A stretch of DNA of 61,033 nt, filler included, from Dimorphilus gyrociliatus (lineage: Eukaryota > Animalia > Annelida), in assembly GCA_904063045.1 (NCBI GenBank). It is 4 parts of 4 records of this genome, joined end to end, with 100 filler letters (N's around TTAATTAATTAA, not from the genome) between each part and the next. Parts side by side here need not be neighbours in the genome. Positions count along the whole stretch, not along the records: positions 16,161 to 39,460 come from CAJFCJ010000177.1; positions 39,561 to 47,412 come from CAJFCJ010000299.1; 2 more parts are not named here. One strand, given 5' to 3'. Below are positions 34,269-45,640 of the stretch, in pieces (position 1 is the stretch's first letter; each line of letters opens with the position of its first letter). Below the pieces are notes generated by a model, which worked only from the letters and a program-made list of their open reading frames with translations, was not told the DNA's origin and ran no database searches. A program made the position numbers and the translations under genes.

Positions 34269-35071
34269 AACAGTAGCCATCCTAAAGTATAGTGAACCTT
34301 TCCGGAATCAGTCTGGTGCCAATCTATCCAGCAATTTTTCCCCTCTTGCTTGATAAAGGGACAATTAGTCTCAAAATATTGTGAGATTTTAATTTGGTGA
34401 AATTGGTTGAAACAGCTGTATAGATTCTCTTCATTCTTGTTGAGAATTTGTATTTGGTTAGTTGGCGATAGGATCTGCTACTTAAGATAGTAGATTAAAT
34501 GCTTTACTCTATCTTCTAATATAAAAAAACTTTTAAAATATATATTCAATAGAATTAAACAGAAAAAAATAATTTACAAAAATGTATCCAATAAGTTTTT
34601 CAATTGTTAAACAATTTCTACAATCACAATACAACAAAGAGCAGAGAAGTAATAAAATCTAAAATATTCAATATAAATAGGCCTATTTGTTATTGCTTTC
34701 TATGTACTTTTGTAGTTCAAAACATCAGTTTTACTTCCTCCATATATATTTATTCTACATTTGTTAATTCAAGTAATAAGCTATTTACTGTTCAAGTTGA
34801 TTATAAACAAAGTTCAAATATACAATGCATATATTATCTCAATTGTTAGACTTGTATTAAAATTGTTACCTCTTCTGCAACTTTTCCAACTAGCCCCTAA
34901 CCCAGTTTAATCTATAATTTTACAAACATTCATACTAGTCCACTATTGGTTAAGATTTTGATTTTCAAATAAAAAATTCTGATTTCTATGTTTTAGGTTT
35001 GAATTGATAAAAATAATCCAAATATGTTTACATCATACACAACAAAGTAAATAGAAGTGCATGATATTGCT

Positions 35072-35325
35072 TTATAGCAAAGATTTTACAATACACAAAG
35101 ACAAAACAATTAAGAAATACCATGTTGACAATTCCATGTTGGAAGATGTATTTGTTTCTCTAGTTCCTCCATTATCTCCAGTTCCACCACCATCTCCACC
35201 ACTTCCATTTCCACCAATTGATCCACCATTACCACCTACACCACCTCCTTCATTTCCATCAGTTGATCCACTGCTACCACCACCACCACCACTTCCTCCA
35301 CCACCACTACATTTCAAATACTATA
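35072..35325 (-). pseudogene. Gly-rich linker + GPI/TM-like C-terminal exon (orphan)
   Basis: TTTATAG| acceptor-like site, then LKCSGGGGSGGGGG...GGTRETNTSSNMELSTWYFLIVLSLCIVKSLL*; no upstream exons identified. Confidence 0.35.
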
Positions 35326-35352
35326 AAATTAGTATAATCTTGATATTTACTA

Positions 35353-35430
35353 GAGAGTGTGACAATCTACCTCAATCCAATGGTGGAGATGACTGTCCAG
35401 GTGTTCCAATTGAGATAAGGCCATGCATGA
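35353..35430 (+). pseudogene. Thrombospondin type-1 repeat half
   Basis: RECDNLPQSNGGDDCPGVPIEIRPC fits RxCxNPxPxxGGxxCxGxxxExRxC. Confidence 0.55.
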
Positions 35431-35464
35431 ATCTAGCAGAGACTAAATAAAAAACTTAGAGGCT

Positions 35465-35728
35465 TTGTGTTATGTTGATGGGACAATCACAGCTCCTGCT
35501 GGACAATCTGAAGAAAGTTTTATTGAAGTAAAAGAGGTGAAAATGTGTAGATTAGTAAAATTGAGCTCTAATCATCATAGTGGAGAAATAGTTTCTAGAG
35601 GTTATTTAGTAAAATTGAAGGTAAATGACACTTTGAAACTTGTTTTTAAGGGTTGTATAAACCATGAAGATGTTCAACGATCCTTTACAGTTTTTGCTCT
35701 TCTTTTTAGAACTTTAATAACATTTTGA
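35465..35728 (+). pseudogene. C1q-like globular domain fragment
   Basis: DGTITAPAG...GYLVKLKVNDTLKLVFKG...RSFTVFALL resembles C1q GxFTAPxxG...vlxLxxGDxV...sFsGxLL; no clear start. Confidence 0.4.
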
Positions 35729-35929
35729 ACAAGTTGAATTCTCTTTAAAACATGTTAATAAAATTCTTTCATAAATGTACACAAAACTAAACAAACATTC
35801 AAAGAATGTTTTAAAGAGAATTCATCTTGTAAATTGAATGAAAGAGACATTTTTTAATAAATATATATTTCTGCTTTGAAACATTTTTTAAAAATATTTC
35901 TTACTTTTTTGCAGTGTTTACCATTCAAT

Positions 35930-36500
35930 GAACAGTTTTCAAAACTAATAAACTTTAATGTTTGTGATGACTGTTCTCGTTGTGTCATGTCAAATGTTCT
36001 TCCTGGTTTGATCTCCAATGTAGAAACTGCTCATGAAGAATCAAATAATAGTGAAGAATCAGTTTGTATTGAATGTGAGGATAGATTTTATACAATGCGC
36101 AAATGCATTAAATGTCCACCAAATTGTATAAAATATTTGCATAATCATATTGGGAAGTGCACAAAATCCAAGCCAACATATTTCTTGGATGGACCTTGTT
36201 TAAATCTTACATTTAATAATTATCATAGATCAAATATGTAGGCTATCAGAATGTTTGACATGCCAAACCATACTATTCTTTAAAAGGTGATCAGTCATTG
36301 ATGTGACTATTTCACAATAACCAACTCTCAGTTAAATCCATCTTTTAGACCAAATGGATCTTTTTAAAATGCTTTCTTTCAGCTTGAATAAAGTCTTTGT
36401 CAGGTATTTGAAGGTATGAATAAATGTCTGGAATGCTTCAGTAGATTTGCAGTTGACGAATCAGATTTTCCTTTAAATGATCAAAAATGCTACTTCAAAA
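35930..36500 (+). pseudogene. Decayed furin-like Cys-rich repeat paralog
   Basis: CDDCSRC...VCIECEDRFYTMRKCIKCPPNCIK...CTKSKPTYFLDG and, after stops, KCLECFSRFAV; same unit as the 26893..32867 gene with some cysteines lost. Confidence 0.55.
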
Positions 36501-37622
36501 AGAACAGAGCTATCATACTATGAAAAAAATTTTCTCCATAATCCAAAAAAAATTATATAAAAACTGACCAAAATGCTTTTTGAAAGAAATTTATATGAAA
36601 TTCCAAGTTTAACTTTTTATTAAACACTGTAAACCAACATAGTTTAATATAATAAATCATTTTAATATTTGCGAGAGAATTTTTAAGAGAATTTTTGTCA
36701 TTATTTTGGCAATAGCGATCAAGTTATCTTATGAGACAAGGTCGTGTTCCGTCTTTCCTTGGAGAAGTGCTTTCTGAACAGCTTGAGCTTTTATAGCAAA
36801 ATAATTGGCTGTTTGGGAAAAGTTTAGTATCAAAAATGTTTGCTACATTTATCATTAGTGTTTTAAAAGTGCATTGAAGATTTTCAGCTTCACCATCTTT
36901 AAATAATAGATTGAAACTGTTAAGGGAATCTATTCCACTCTCAAGAAGATGTAATTTTAATGGGTTTTTCACCCAAAAACTAGAAGAGCCAACTCTACTG
37001 ACTAACAGCTCAAATACAATAATGAACTTGAACCTAAACAACATTCTTTCAAATGAGGTACAATTTGATCCAAAATTCCAAATGTGCCAGTTAGAACAAC
37101 CAATCATTCTATACTTTAAACTTTAAACTTAAACATTTGAATTATCAGTTAGGACGTTTGCTAAATTATCATTGACAAGGACTATGCAGAATAGTTAATT
37201 AGAAACTTTGAATATTATTTGATTGTTGCTGTTGTAATCAAGTATCTTTTTTTGAATAAATCAATGAATTTATAAGCATTACTCTGTTGTGAATTAATGG
37301 CATTTAATGAACTTTGACATTATCAATGTTCAATTCACATTATAGGATAAATAAATAAGTGAATGTATCGGGTTGAAAAGGAACAGTAATTTCTTTGCAG
37401 AGGCATAATTAATTTTTTAAAACATTTTATATAAAGAAGATATTTAAAAATTGAATATAAACAGTTGAATTATTCAAAACAGTCTGCTTTTTATTGATTG
37501 AATGAAAGCTAATTATTATTTTACTATTATTTTTTATTGAGAAGAATCAATCTATAGTCATTTGGTTTGTAAACTGAAACACTTTAAGATAAGAAAAAAA
37601 GCTCTAGTAGACATTTTTCCCA

Positions 37623-39011
37623 TTGAAAATGAAATTATTAGATTACTTTCTTATAAATATAGTTTACTATCAGGTTTATTCAACAGGTGATTATATGATT
37701 GTTAATCTAGCTCAACCATTTTTTGGTGTGAAATGTGAAGCATCATCAATACTTACAGAAGATAACTCTTGTGAAAAGTTGTTTGATAATATATTGGCTC
37801 CTGATAATTTCTGGATGCCCAAAAATCACAGTACCATAAATTCTTGGATTCATATAATATGGAAGGTGAAATCTAAAGTCATTGCAGTAAATTTATACAG
37901 TAATCAAAATAGTTATGGACAAATGACAATAACTTTCCCAAATGGTAAATTCGAAAGTAAAAGCCTGGTAACTTTACCATTCATCTGGAGACGTTTTAAA
38001 CTTGAAGAACCAGTTGTTTCAAGTAGTTTAACACTTAAATTCAACAAGAGAAGTGTTCTAAGTGGAGAAGGAGAGATAACAGTATTCGGACACCTTAGGT
38101 ATGTTCATGCTAATGATAATGATAAGAGTACTATGAAGCTGAGTGTCATGGACGATGGCAGCGAAGTACTATATTCCCATAACAACACTCTAGAACCTGT
38201 TAATATAGCACACTATCAAAGAGGAATATCTTGCTCTTCCTCACCTATTTACAACAATCACAGGCACTGTAAGTATGCACTCAATAATTTGATTGCCACT
38301 GTAGTTCAACAAGTCAATGGAAGGGAATGGATCTCAAATGGTCATTCTGTTGTAAATTGTTGGATTCAAATTAATTTTGAACAATTTTACAATATTTCCC
38401 ATTTGGAGATAATGTCAAGAATTTATAGTCACCCAAGACCAAAACTATTAGAATTACATTTTTCTAATGATACAGTACCCTATCAATTATTGGATGTTGG
38501 TACTCTGCAAACTATACTATTAGACAGGAGTTATTATTCAAATTACCTTAAAATATATGTTAAATCACTATACTCCCCTTCCGGTCATATTGGATTTATG
38601 ATCATTAGAGTTTTTACCTTAATTAAAGGTTTTAATGGATTAAAATCTCTTAGAAATGATAATTTACCTTGTTCTTTGTCAAGTAAGAACAATTATCCCT
38701 ACGATTCCTTATTGTTTGATGACAATGATGCTACATGTACATCAATAAATCTACAGTTGTTGGGATATTCAAAATATATATCTTCAAAAGTCATTATAAA
38801 AACAAAAGATGGAGGAATAGATTCATGTAAAAATTTATCTGTATTTAAAACTTCCAATGAATGTATATATGAAAAATGTATTCTAGAAGACTACAACTCA
38901 GCTTGTCAATTTGTCTGTAAAGTATGTTTACAAGATCCTGTTTGTAATTTTGTCATTTTTCAAAATTCAAATAATGATAATCAATTGTGTGAAATTAAAT
39001 TTCAATTGTAA
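37623..39011 (+). CDS. Intronless secreted protein with two F5/8 type C (discoidin)-like domains and a C-terminal Cys-rich module, 462 aa
   Basis: Signal-like start; CEASS...CEKLFDN...FW...SWIHIIW and CSSS...CKYALNN...EWISNG...CWIQINFEQFYNISHLEI...YLKIYVKS...HIGFMIIRVF. Confidence 0.75.
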   Translation: MKMKLLDYFLINIVYYQVYSTGDYMIVNLAQPFFGVKCEASSILTEDNSCEKLFDNILAPDNFWMPKNHSTINSWIHIIWKVKSKVIAVNLYSNQNSYGQMTITFPNGKFESKSLVTLPFIWRRFKLEEPVVSSSLTLKFNKRSVLSGEGEITVFGHLRYVHANDNDKSTMKLSVMDDGSEVLYSHNNTLEPVNIAHYQRGISCSSSPIYNNHRHCKYALNNLIATVVQQVNGREWISNGHSVVNCWIQINFEQFYNISHLEIMSRIYSHPRPKLLELHFSNDTVPYQLLDVGTLQTILLDRSYYSNYLKIYVKSLYSPSGHIGFMIIRVFTLIKGFNGLKSLRNDNLPCSLSSKNNYPYDSLLFDDNDATCTSINLQLLGYSKYISSKVIIKTKDGGIDSCKNLSVFKTSNECIYEKCILEDYNSACQFVCKVCLQDPVCNFVIFQNSNNDNQLCEIKFQL

Positions 39012-39460
39012 AATTTTTGAAGATTTTTGAACAGTAATTTTTTGTGTAAAAATAAACTATTATTGCATTGAATATTGCATTCTATTTCAACACTAAACTA
39101 TTACTTAAAAAGTTTTCAAGTTTTTCCTAATAATTTTGGGGAGATTTTCCTGCAAACCACAGAAATTAATTACTATTGATTTCAATACCTTCAATGGAAA
39201 AAATCTTTAATGTAATCTATAAATACTGTATTTAACAATAGAGAGTTTGCCTGATTTTAATTATTTCACATCAATAAATTATGTATATCACACCTGTTTG
39301 ATATTTGAAATCAGTAATCAATATATTTCTGTCTTGCTTGACTGTACAACTATATTTTTTATGGAATTAATTAAACAAATCATAGCTTTTTATCTTAAGG
39401 ATAAAAGTTAGTTTTAATTGATTTTTTACCTTTGAGCTAGATTTTTTCCATTGTACAATT

Positions 39461-39560
39461 NNNNNNNNNNNNNNNNNNNNNNNNNNNNNNNNNNNNNNNN
39501 NNNNTTAATTAATTAANNNNNNNNNNNNNNNNNNNNNNNNNNNNNNNNNNNNNNNNNNNN
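39461..39560. other. Artificial contig spacer
   Basis: 44 N + TTAATTAATTAA + 44 N. Confidence 0.97.
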
Positions 39561-40915
39561 AAAACTGCCTATGATATTTAATTTGATCCAAAAAAGGAAT
39601 TAGAGAATCAACTAAGAACATGTTATTGTTTAGATTTTGAACGTTCTTATACTTCTAGGCTGTATTATGCTTTGGATTATTACATTGATGAAATATAAAG
39701 CATTTTAGTTTTGGAATAGCTAATGGAAACTAATATCTTATTATTCATCATCCATACAAATACCCCTCCTTTCCCTATGTATCAGTATTATTCTACTAAT
39801 TACTTTACTACCCCCTATAACATCATATTTCCCCTTGATATTTATTTCCTTACCATATTATATAAACCAAGTACATATTATCTTACGCATTGTTTTTAAT
39901 AAGTATTAAAAGCATTAAGTGATACTCGATCTAAGAAGCTATTGGGCTTATATGACCATCTTCTCTATATTTCAAATTTTGATTGTATTTATTAATACCT
40001 CAAAAATAATATTTTAGTAAGAGAGTTAATAAAACCTACACTTTTGCGCATATTACGAACTGCTTAAGTATATTTAACTATTTCAGACTTCACTTTCTTG
40101 TGAGAATAAACGGGCGACTTTTTGGCCTTTATCTTAAAAGAATGCTCAGTGTCTTTTTTATAAATAGAGCACAGACCAGCACCTTTCCTTTTTATAAAAA
40201 TTCTTTATTTTTTTATCATTTCATAGACCCTGGCAGGTCTTTTGAGCTTTTAATAACTTTTGTCTGTACTTCCAAGGTCTATAAGCCTTGTTATTTTCCC
40301 CTGAATAAGATAATTATGTTTACGACACATTCGAGGTGTTTTTATATAGACTACATAAATATAATGGATGAAAAAGGATTTTTACCTTTGTATATTTTTT
40401 TTATTCTTATCTTAAAAATGCTGATTAACTGTTGAAAAGGTTTATTTGTATATTAATAAGGATTTAGTAGTCTTTTATTCTACTCTGGTAAAATTTTATC
40501 CATAAACCAAACATTAATAAATTCCCTAAGGTTTTATATGTTATTCTATTCTTGCATAGTATAAATTAAATCACTAACAAGAACCTTTATATATTAAAAG
40601 ATAGTCTCGGGGAAAGACTGGGAATATAAACGAGAATAAACCTTAAATTTCGATGCTTGTATATATAATTATCAGGTTAAACCGTTCTGTGAATTTATTA
40701 ACGGGAGATGTAGTAACCCCTTAATTATCTATTTTCCGGATTAAAATCGTATGTTAAATCCCTTTCAGTATCCTTACCTATTCCTCTAAATGGAATTATT
40801 GTCAAAATATTTGTTTATAAAATATATGGATTTTTTATTGTAGCTATTATAGAAATAGACTTAGTACTAAAAACATTCGCTATATATTAAAATATAAACA
40901 TCAAATGATAATTAT

Positions 40916-42348
40916 TTAAAGGTTTATATTCATTAATATAAAAAAGTTAGTATTATTTGCTTTAATAACAGCACATATATTGTTTGTATGTCGGTTTCTT
41001 AATATCATTAGCAACGTCATCTCTATTAAAAAATCCTTAATTTCTTCAACTAACGAAGGAGGGTATTTTGGCGTAATTTCCAAAATTATACATTTCATTA
41101 AAAACCTTAATATTGTCTGAGTATCTATAGCTTCCGGTGAATTCCACATATTTTTCAAAAAGGATGGGAAGGTACAGTTTAGTAAACTGCCTATCCCCAG
41201 TAAGCTATTATATTTATTTTTGTTTAGTGTAACATACAAATTAAAAATGGTATTTAAAAATCTTCTTCTCTCACCGAAGAGAAAGCCTCTCAAATAATAT
41301 GACATCTTTTTAAGGTCTTTAGAGTCTTTATTCATAAAAAGGTAAAATATTGATTTAGCAGCCTCTTTTGTTAGTAACCCCCTTTAATCTCTTGAAGGTA
41401 ATACTTGAGAGTATTAGACAAATCAAATAAATCATATTTATCGAAATTTACATCCTCTTTTGGAAGCTCTTCTATTTTCTTAGCAAGGGCTTTATAGGCG
41501 CTCTTTCCTCTTTTTCTAGATTTATTCATTACTGTACAGTATTCTTTTATGTACTCTATTAATATATATATTTGTGGGGAAACGTGGAAATAATCGTTTT
41601 TCAAGCTTTGACTGTAAAAAAAATTATTAAATAAAGCTTTAGCTTTCTGTGATAAATTTCGTTTAGGATTATTATCTAGATATTTTTTGAGCTGGTATTG
41701 AGAAAGCTTATATATTTTGGTCTCTCCATAAATATCAAGGCCACTTGATTTTCCATAGTCTTTTTGTTTTAGATTTTCAAAAAGATCGAAATCTGTTTTA
41801 AATTTGTGATGTTTGTTTAATTTTCCAGAATTAACTGCAATTCCCTCATATTTCTTGTTAAAAATATCTTTATCATCAGAAAAGATGATCTCACAATCGA
41901 AAGAATTTTTACTCTTGTGTTTTAAATTATTAGTAATCGATCTATTATATTTTATTTTATCAAGAGGGACATTTAGTTCTTATTTAGCTTCTATTTTCGT
42001 AATTTCAATGTCTTCATCCTTGTTTATGTGAATGGCTGATGTCCAAGAATCTTCATCTTCGTTTATATACATGTTTAAAGACAAGGAGTCTTCATCTTCT
42101 GCTTGTTGATACTTTTTTTTGCCTATGGTAAAGTTCTTATAACTAACTAATAACTTTTTTGATACAGAACATGCTTCATATTTATGTTTAGATGTCTCTA
42201 CTTCTTTTTCCTGTAATGAATGCTTATGACCAATTAGCTCGTTATTCACAAAAAGCTGATTATAATCAGCAGATTCTGATGACTTGTGGCTATTTTTCAT
42301 AGTTAAATTCTCAAAATAACGAATAAGATTTTGTATTTTAGGAGTCAT
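40916..42348 (-). pseudogene. RhoGAP-domain gene (~477 codons) interrupted by one TAA and one homopolymer frameshift
   Basis: ORFs 41980..42348 and 41371..41604 share one frame, open between them except TAA 41980..41982. Adding one G to the G5 run (41378..41382) joins YDLFDLSNTLKYYLQEIKGG to LLTKEAAKSIFYLF...GIGSLLNCTFPSFL (RhoGAP DxxxxxxxLKxYLRELxxPLLT pattern). The catalytic Arg region (MNKSRKRG) is divergent. Confidence 0.6.
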
Positions 42349-42454
42349 TAGGGGATCAATCTTAATTTTTTCTTAACCTTGCACCTGAAACAAGTGTTTC
42401 AAATTTATTTTTTTATTTTAAAAATTAAAGAAAAATGTACTTCAAAAAAGTCAT

Positions 42455-42830
42455 CTTTTTTACCAATTTAGAATTTGATATCACAAATCATAAAAATTTA
42501 TATTTTCTGTAAATTTAACATTAAATTTTATTTATAAGTTTTTTTTTAAAGAATTTGTAAATTTGATATAAAAATTAGAATTTGATATCAAAAATCTATA
42601 TTTTCTATAAATTTAATATTAAATTTTATTTAATCGTTTCTTTAAAGAATTTGTAAATTTGATATAAAAAACCAAAAATCTATATTTTTATTATTTCAAA
42701 AAATTCGTCTTTTAACCAATTTAGAATTTGATATTAAAAATCACAAATCATAAAAATTTATATTTTCTGTAAATTTAACATTAAATTTTATTTTTATTAT
42801 TTCAAAAAATTTGTAAATTTTATTAATTTA
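42455..42830. repeat. AT-rich imperfect direct/mosaic repeats (~60-120-bp units)
   Basis: ACCAATTTAGAATTTGATAT...TCACAAATCATAAAAATTTATATTTTCTGTAAATTTAACATTAAATTTTATTT at ~42462 and ~42716; TTTAAAGAATTTGTAAATTTGATATAAAAA at ~42545 and ~42641. Confidence 0.8.
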
Positions 42831-44445
42831 GAATAGTAATAAAAATAGATGATTAGTTAAACACATTGCTTTTTACTACAAAAACAATAAAAAATTAAAT
42901 TTAAAATACTCATTCGTATAAATTTATTAAATTTCAATGTGTTTTATATCCAAAACGTTACAATTAAAACAAAAGGCTGGTTTCTGAAAAAAACTAATCT
43001 TAATTTTAAAAAACGTGATTTTTAGAGATACTATTATAAAATAATACTATATAATAGTTTTATAATTAAATACGAAGGTGTATAACCAATTATAGGTTCA
43101 TCTACTTCCTTAACAATATTTAAATCAGTTTCTTAATATTAATCTTATTAAATTAGGTTGAAATTATTCCATATACTCTATTTTCATAAAAAAACTTTAT
43201 GATAAATTTTTATGACCTAAATCTAGGTCATAGTAATAATAATAATAATGCCTTTTTACTATTTCTTTTATAATTCTGTATTAGACCTCATCTTGATTAA
43301 ACAGATGAAATTATCTTTCCTATAAGTTTGCTTTCTTTAAAGTAAACATGGATAAGAAAATACCATTTGATCAGCATTATTTTGATATTATAAATTATAT
43401 AAAAGGTTTAAAAACATACAGATTTTGGATTCTGCTATCACGTTCTAAGTCATATATCAGGAACAACAAATGCTTGTGAGGTTGGTATTGAGTGTTAACC
43501 ACTTTCATAAAAACTAGTAAATTAAATAAAAAAAGTTAATTTAATGTTTATAAAAGACGGAGGAGTCAATTTGAGCTTTCTTCTGCTATCTGGAAGAAGA
43601 TCATATTGTAAAATTTTAGTTCAATTTTAAATATGAACCTATTTTATTTTATACTTTAACAGCTACGAGAACTATAGTATAGAATACTGCAAGAAATTTT
43701 TCTAGCGAAGAAGTAGATAAAATCCATGATAATTAGTAAAAATATCAAATCAATTTATTTTAAAGTCATATTCGAACTTAACGGATAATTTTAAGGGGGG
43801 TAATATTAAAATATATTCTAGTGGTATTTAAATAAGGTTTCATTCTTTTTATATTTATAAGAAAAAATAAGAATGTTTTTTATTCCTTTCTAAAAAAAAT
43901 TAATGTCCTAACCATTAAAACTGTCTAAACTACTAAAATCATTAATTATTAATTTGTAGAAATAAAAAGTATTTTCCATTACTAAAGTGGGAGATTGGAA
44001 TATCAGGCCATTTTACTCAAAAGTACATGATAAAATAACAAATTGACATATTTTTTCTAATTAAGAGTTTATATGTTGAAAATAACACTATATGGATTCA
44101 TTCTGAAACGTAATAAATCAGGAATATAATTATCTCAAAGGGAAAAAATAAAAAATCTGCTAATGACCGATAATCACATGTTTAAATTAATATTACCAAA
44201 AATAGTAATTTAATACTTTTTAATTTTTGTAACAAAAAACTAAAACAGTCTATTTTATATTAAAATTTTTATAAAATAAAAATCTCGTAATAAACTATTA
44301 AATAAGATAATTAATTTGTATTTTATTAAATATGATTGATTCTTTATTATGTGTTAAAAGCTGTTTGGTAAATGGAAACATCTGAAACGAAACAATTTCA
44401 GATTAACACCTACAAAACCAATATAAACCACATCTATATCTGGAA

Positions 44446-45558
44446 ATGTATAGTAAAACATTATTAGTACAATCTATCCCTGGTCTATTAATTTCACTAG
44501 TAGGACTATCGATATCTGGCATTTTACTTGAAAGGTCATTAAAAATGGAATATGCTAACAGTTATCCTTTAATAATGATAATAGATTGCGTGTTAGCATT
44601 TAAAGGTAATTTTGAACTTATTTTGGCTCTTTATTTATCATCTTTAAGTCATAACAGTTCTTTTCCTTTTTATAAATATGCTATTAATTCTTCTTGTATA
44701 GTATTTTTTCAATCTATTATTGTAGGAATAAGTGTAGGATTAGCAGCAATTGCTATTAAATTAATAGAAGGTGTAATTTCAATTAACTTAGCTATAAGAC
44801 TGTTGTCTACTTGTTTGGTTTCTTGTGTCTTTTCAACGTTAATAATGATAATTGTTATACTTCTATGTATAAAAATATCTAAAATATTAGCAATAGACCC
44901 CGATAATGTAATTTTACCAACAATATCAGCATTTGCAGAGATGTTCTATATTCTATTCTTAAGGGAGAGTATTAAAATTGTAAACAAAACACCTATTTTT
45001 ACAATAATAATAATATGTTTATTGATAATACTTCTTCTATTTACAGCTGTGCTACTTTGGGAAGATGATACCAGCTCTATTCCAATTCAGCCTGTAGAAT
45101 TACTAATAATAACATATATACTTACAGTTATAAGCAGCTCAATAATTCAATATTTTAGCAAACATTATAACATGATTGGTGCGGTATCGCTTATATTTTG
45201 CAGTTTAAGCGGTGCTATTTCATATATACACTTAAATAAATTGATAACTTCAATCAGAAGTAGAATTACATTTGATAATAGAAAATGTTTAATAACTTTG
45301 TGTATTATTTCATCAATTATAATTACTATGTATATTGCATTTTTGAAGTTTATATCAGATATGAACGTTATTTTTTGTTTTTTAATAGCCTTTTTATTTG
45401 TAATTAATGTAGTTTTATTAATAAAACTGACCGAATTTGCGCTAAATTTTTATAAAAAGGAGGAAAAGGCTGGATCTATCACTTTACCTTTACTTGGGTC
45501 TTTTTCAGATGTTATTGGAACTGCAATGCTATTGTTTATTTATAGAGTTGCAGCTTAG
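44446..45558 (+). CDS. SLC41/MgtE-family divalent cation (Mg2+) transporter
   Basis: QSIPGLLISLVG, LAFKGNFELILALYLSS (SLC41 LGLKGNLEMTLASRLST), IDPDNVILPTISAFAE, ITLPLLGSFSDVIGT; about 10 hydrophobic segments; intronless. Confidence 0.88.
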   Translation: MYSKTLLVQSIPGLLISLVGLSISGILLERSLKMEYANSYPLIMIIDCVLAFKGNFELILALYLSSLSHNSSFPFYKYAINSSCIVFFQSIIVGISVGLAAIAIKLIEGVISINLAIRLLSTCLVSCVFSTLIMIIVILLCIKISKILAIDPDNVILPTISAFAEMFYILFLRESIKIVNKTPIFTIIIICLLIILLLFTAVLLWEDDTSSIPIQPVELLIITYILTVISSSIIQYFSKHYNMIGAVSLIFCSLSGAISYIHLNKLITSIRSRITFDNRKCLITLCIISSIIITMYIAFLKFISDMNVIFCFLIAFLFVINVVLLIKLTEFALNFYKKEEKAGSITLPLLGSFSDVIGTAMLLFIYRVAA

Positions 45559-45640
45559 AAAACCATATTGTAGATTATTACCAAAGTTTATTATTAAATT
45601 TTTAGTATGTATGTAAATTTGCTTTTCAAGGAATAATAAA

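Noticed and set aside
36724-37107. 127-aa minus-strand ORF with a vague LRR-C-terminal look (WVKNPLKL)
   Set aside because: No cysteine cap or LRR periodicity; cannot be supported.
39561-42348. Alternative genetic code (TAA = Gln) in contig 3, suggested by EAK*ELN and YDI*FDP
   Set aside because: SLC41, ARH1 and HSF frames have no internal TAA/TAG over about 800 codons, use CAA for Gln and end on TAA/TAG; isolated lesions explain the stops better.
43440-43500. HISGTTNACE as a MULE TNNxxE motif
   Set aside because: Too short, with no flanking transposase motifs in any frame.
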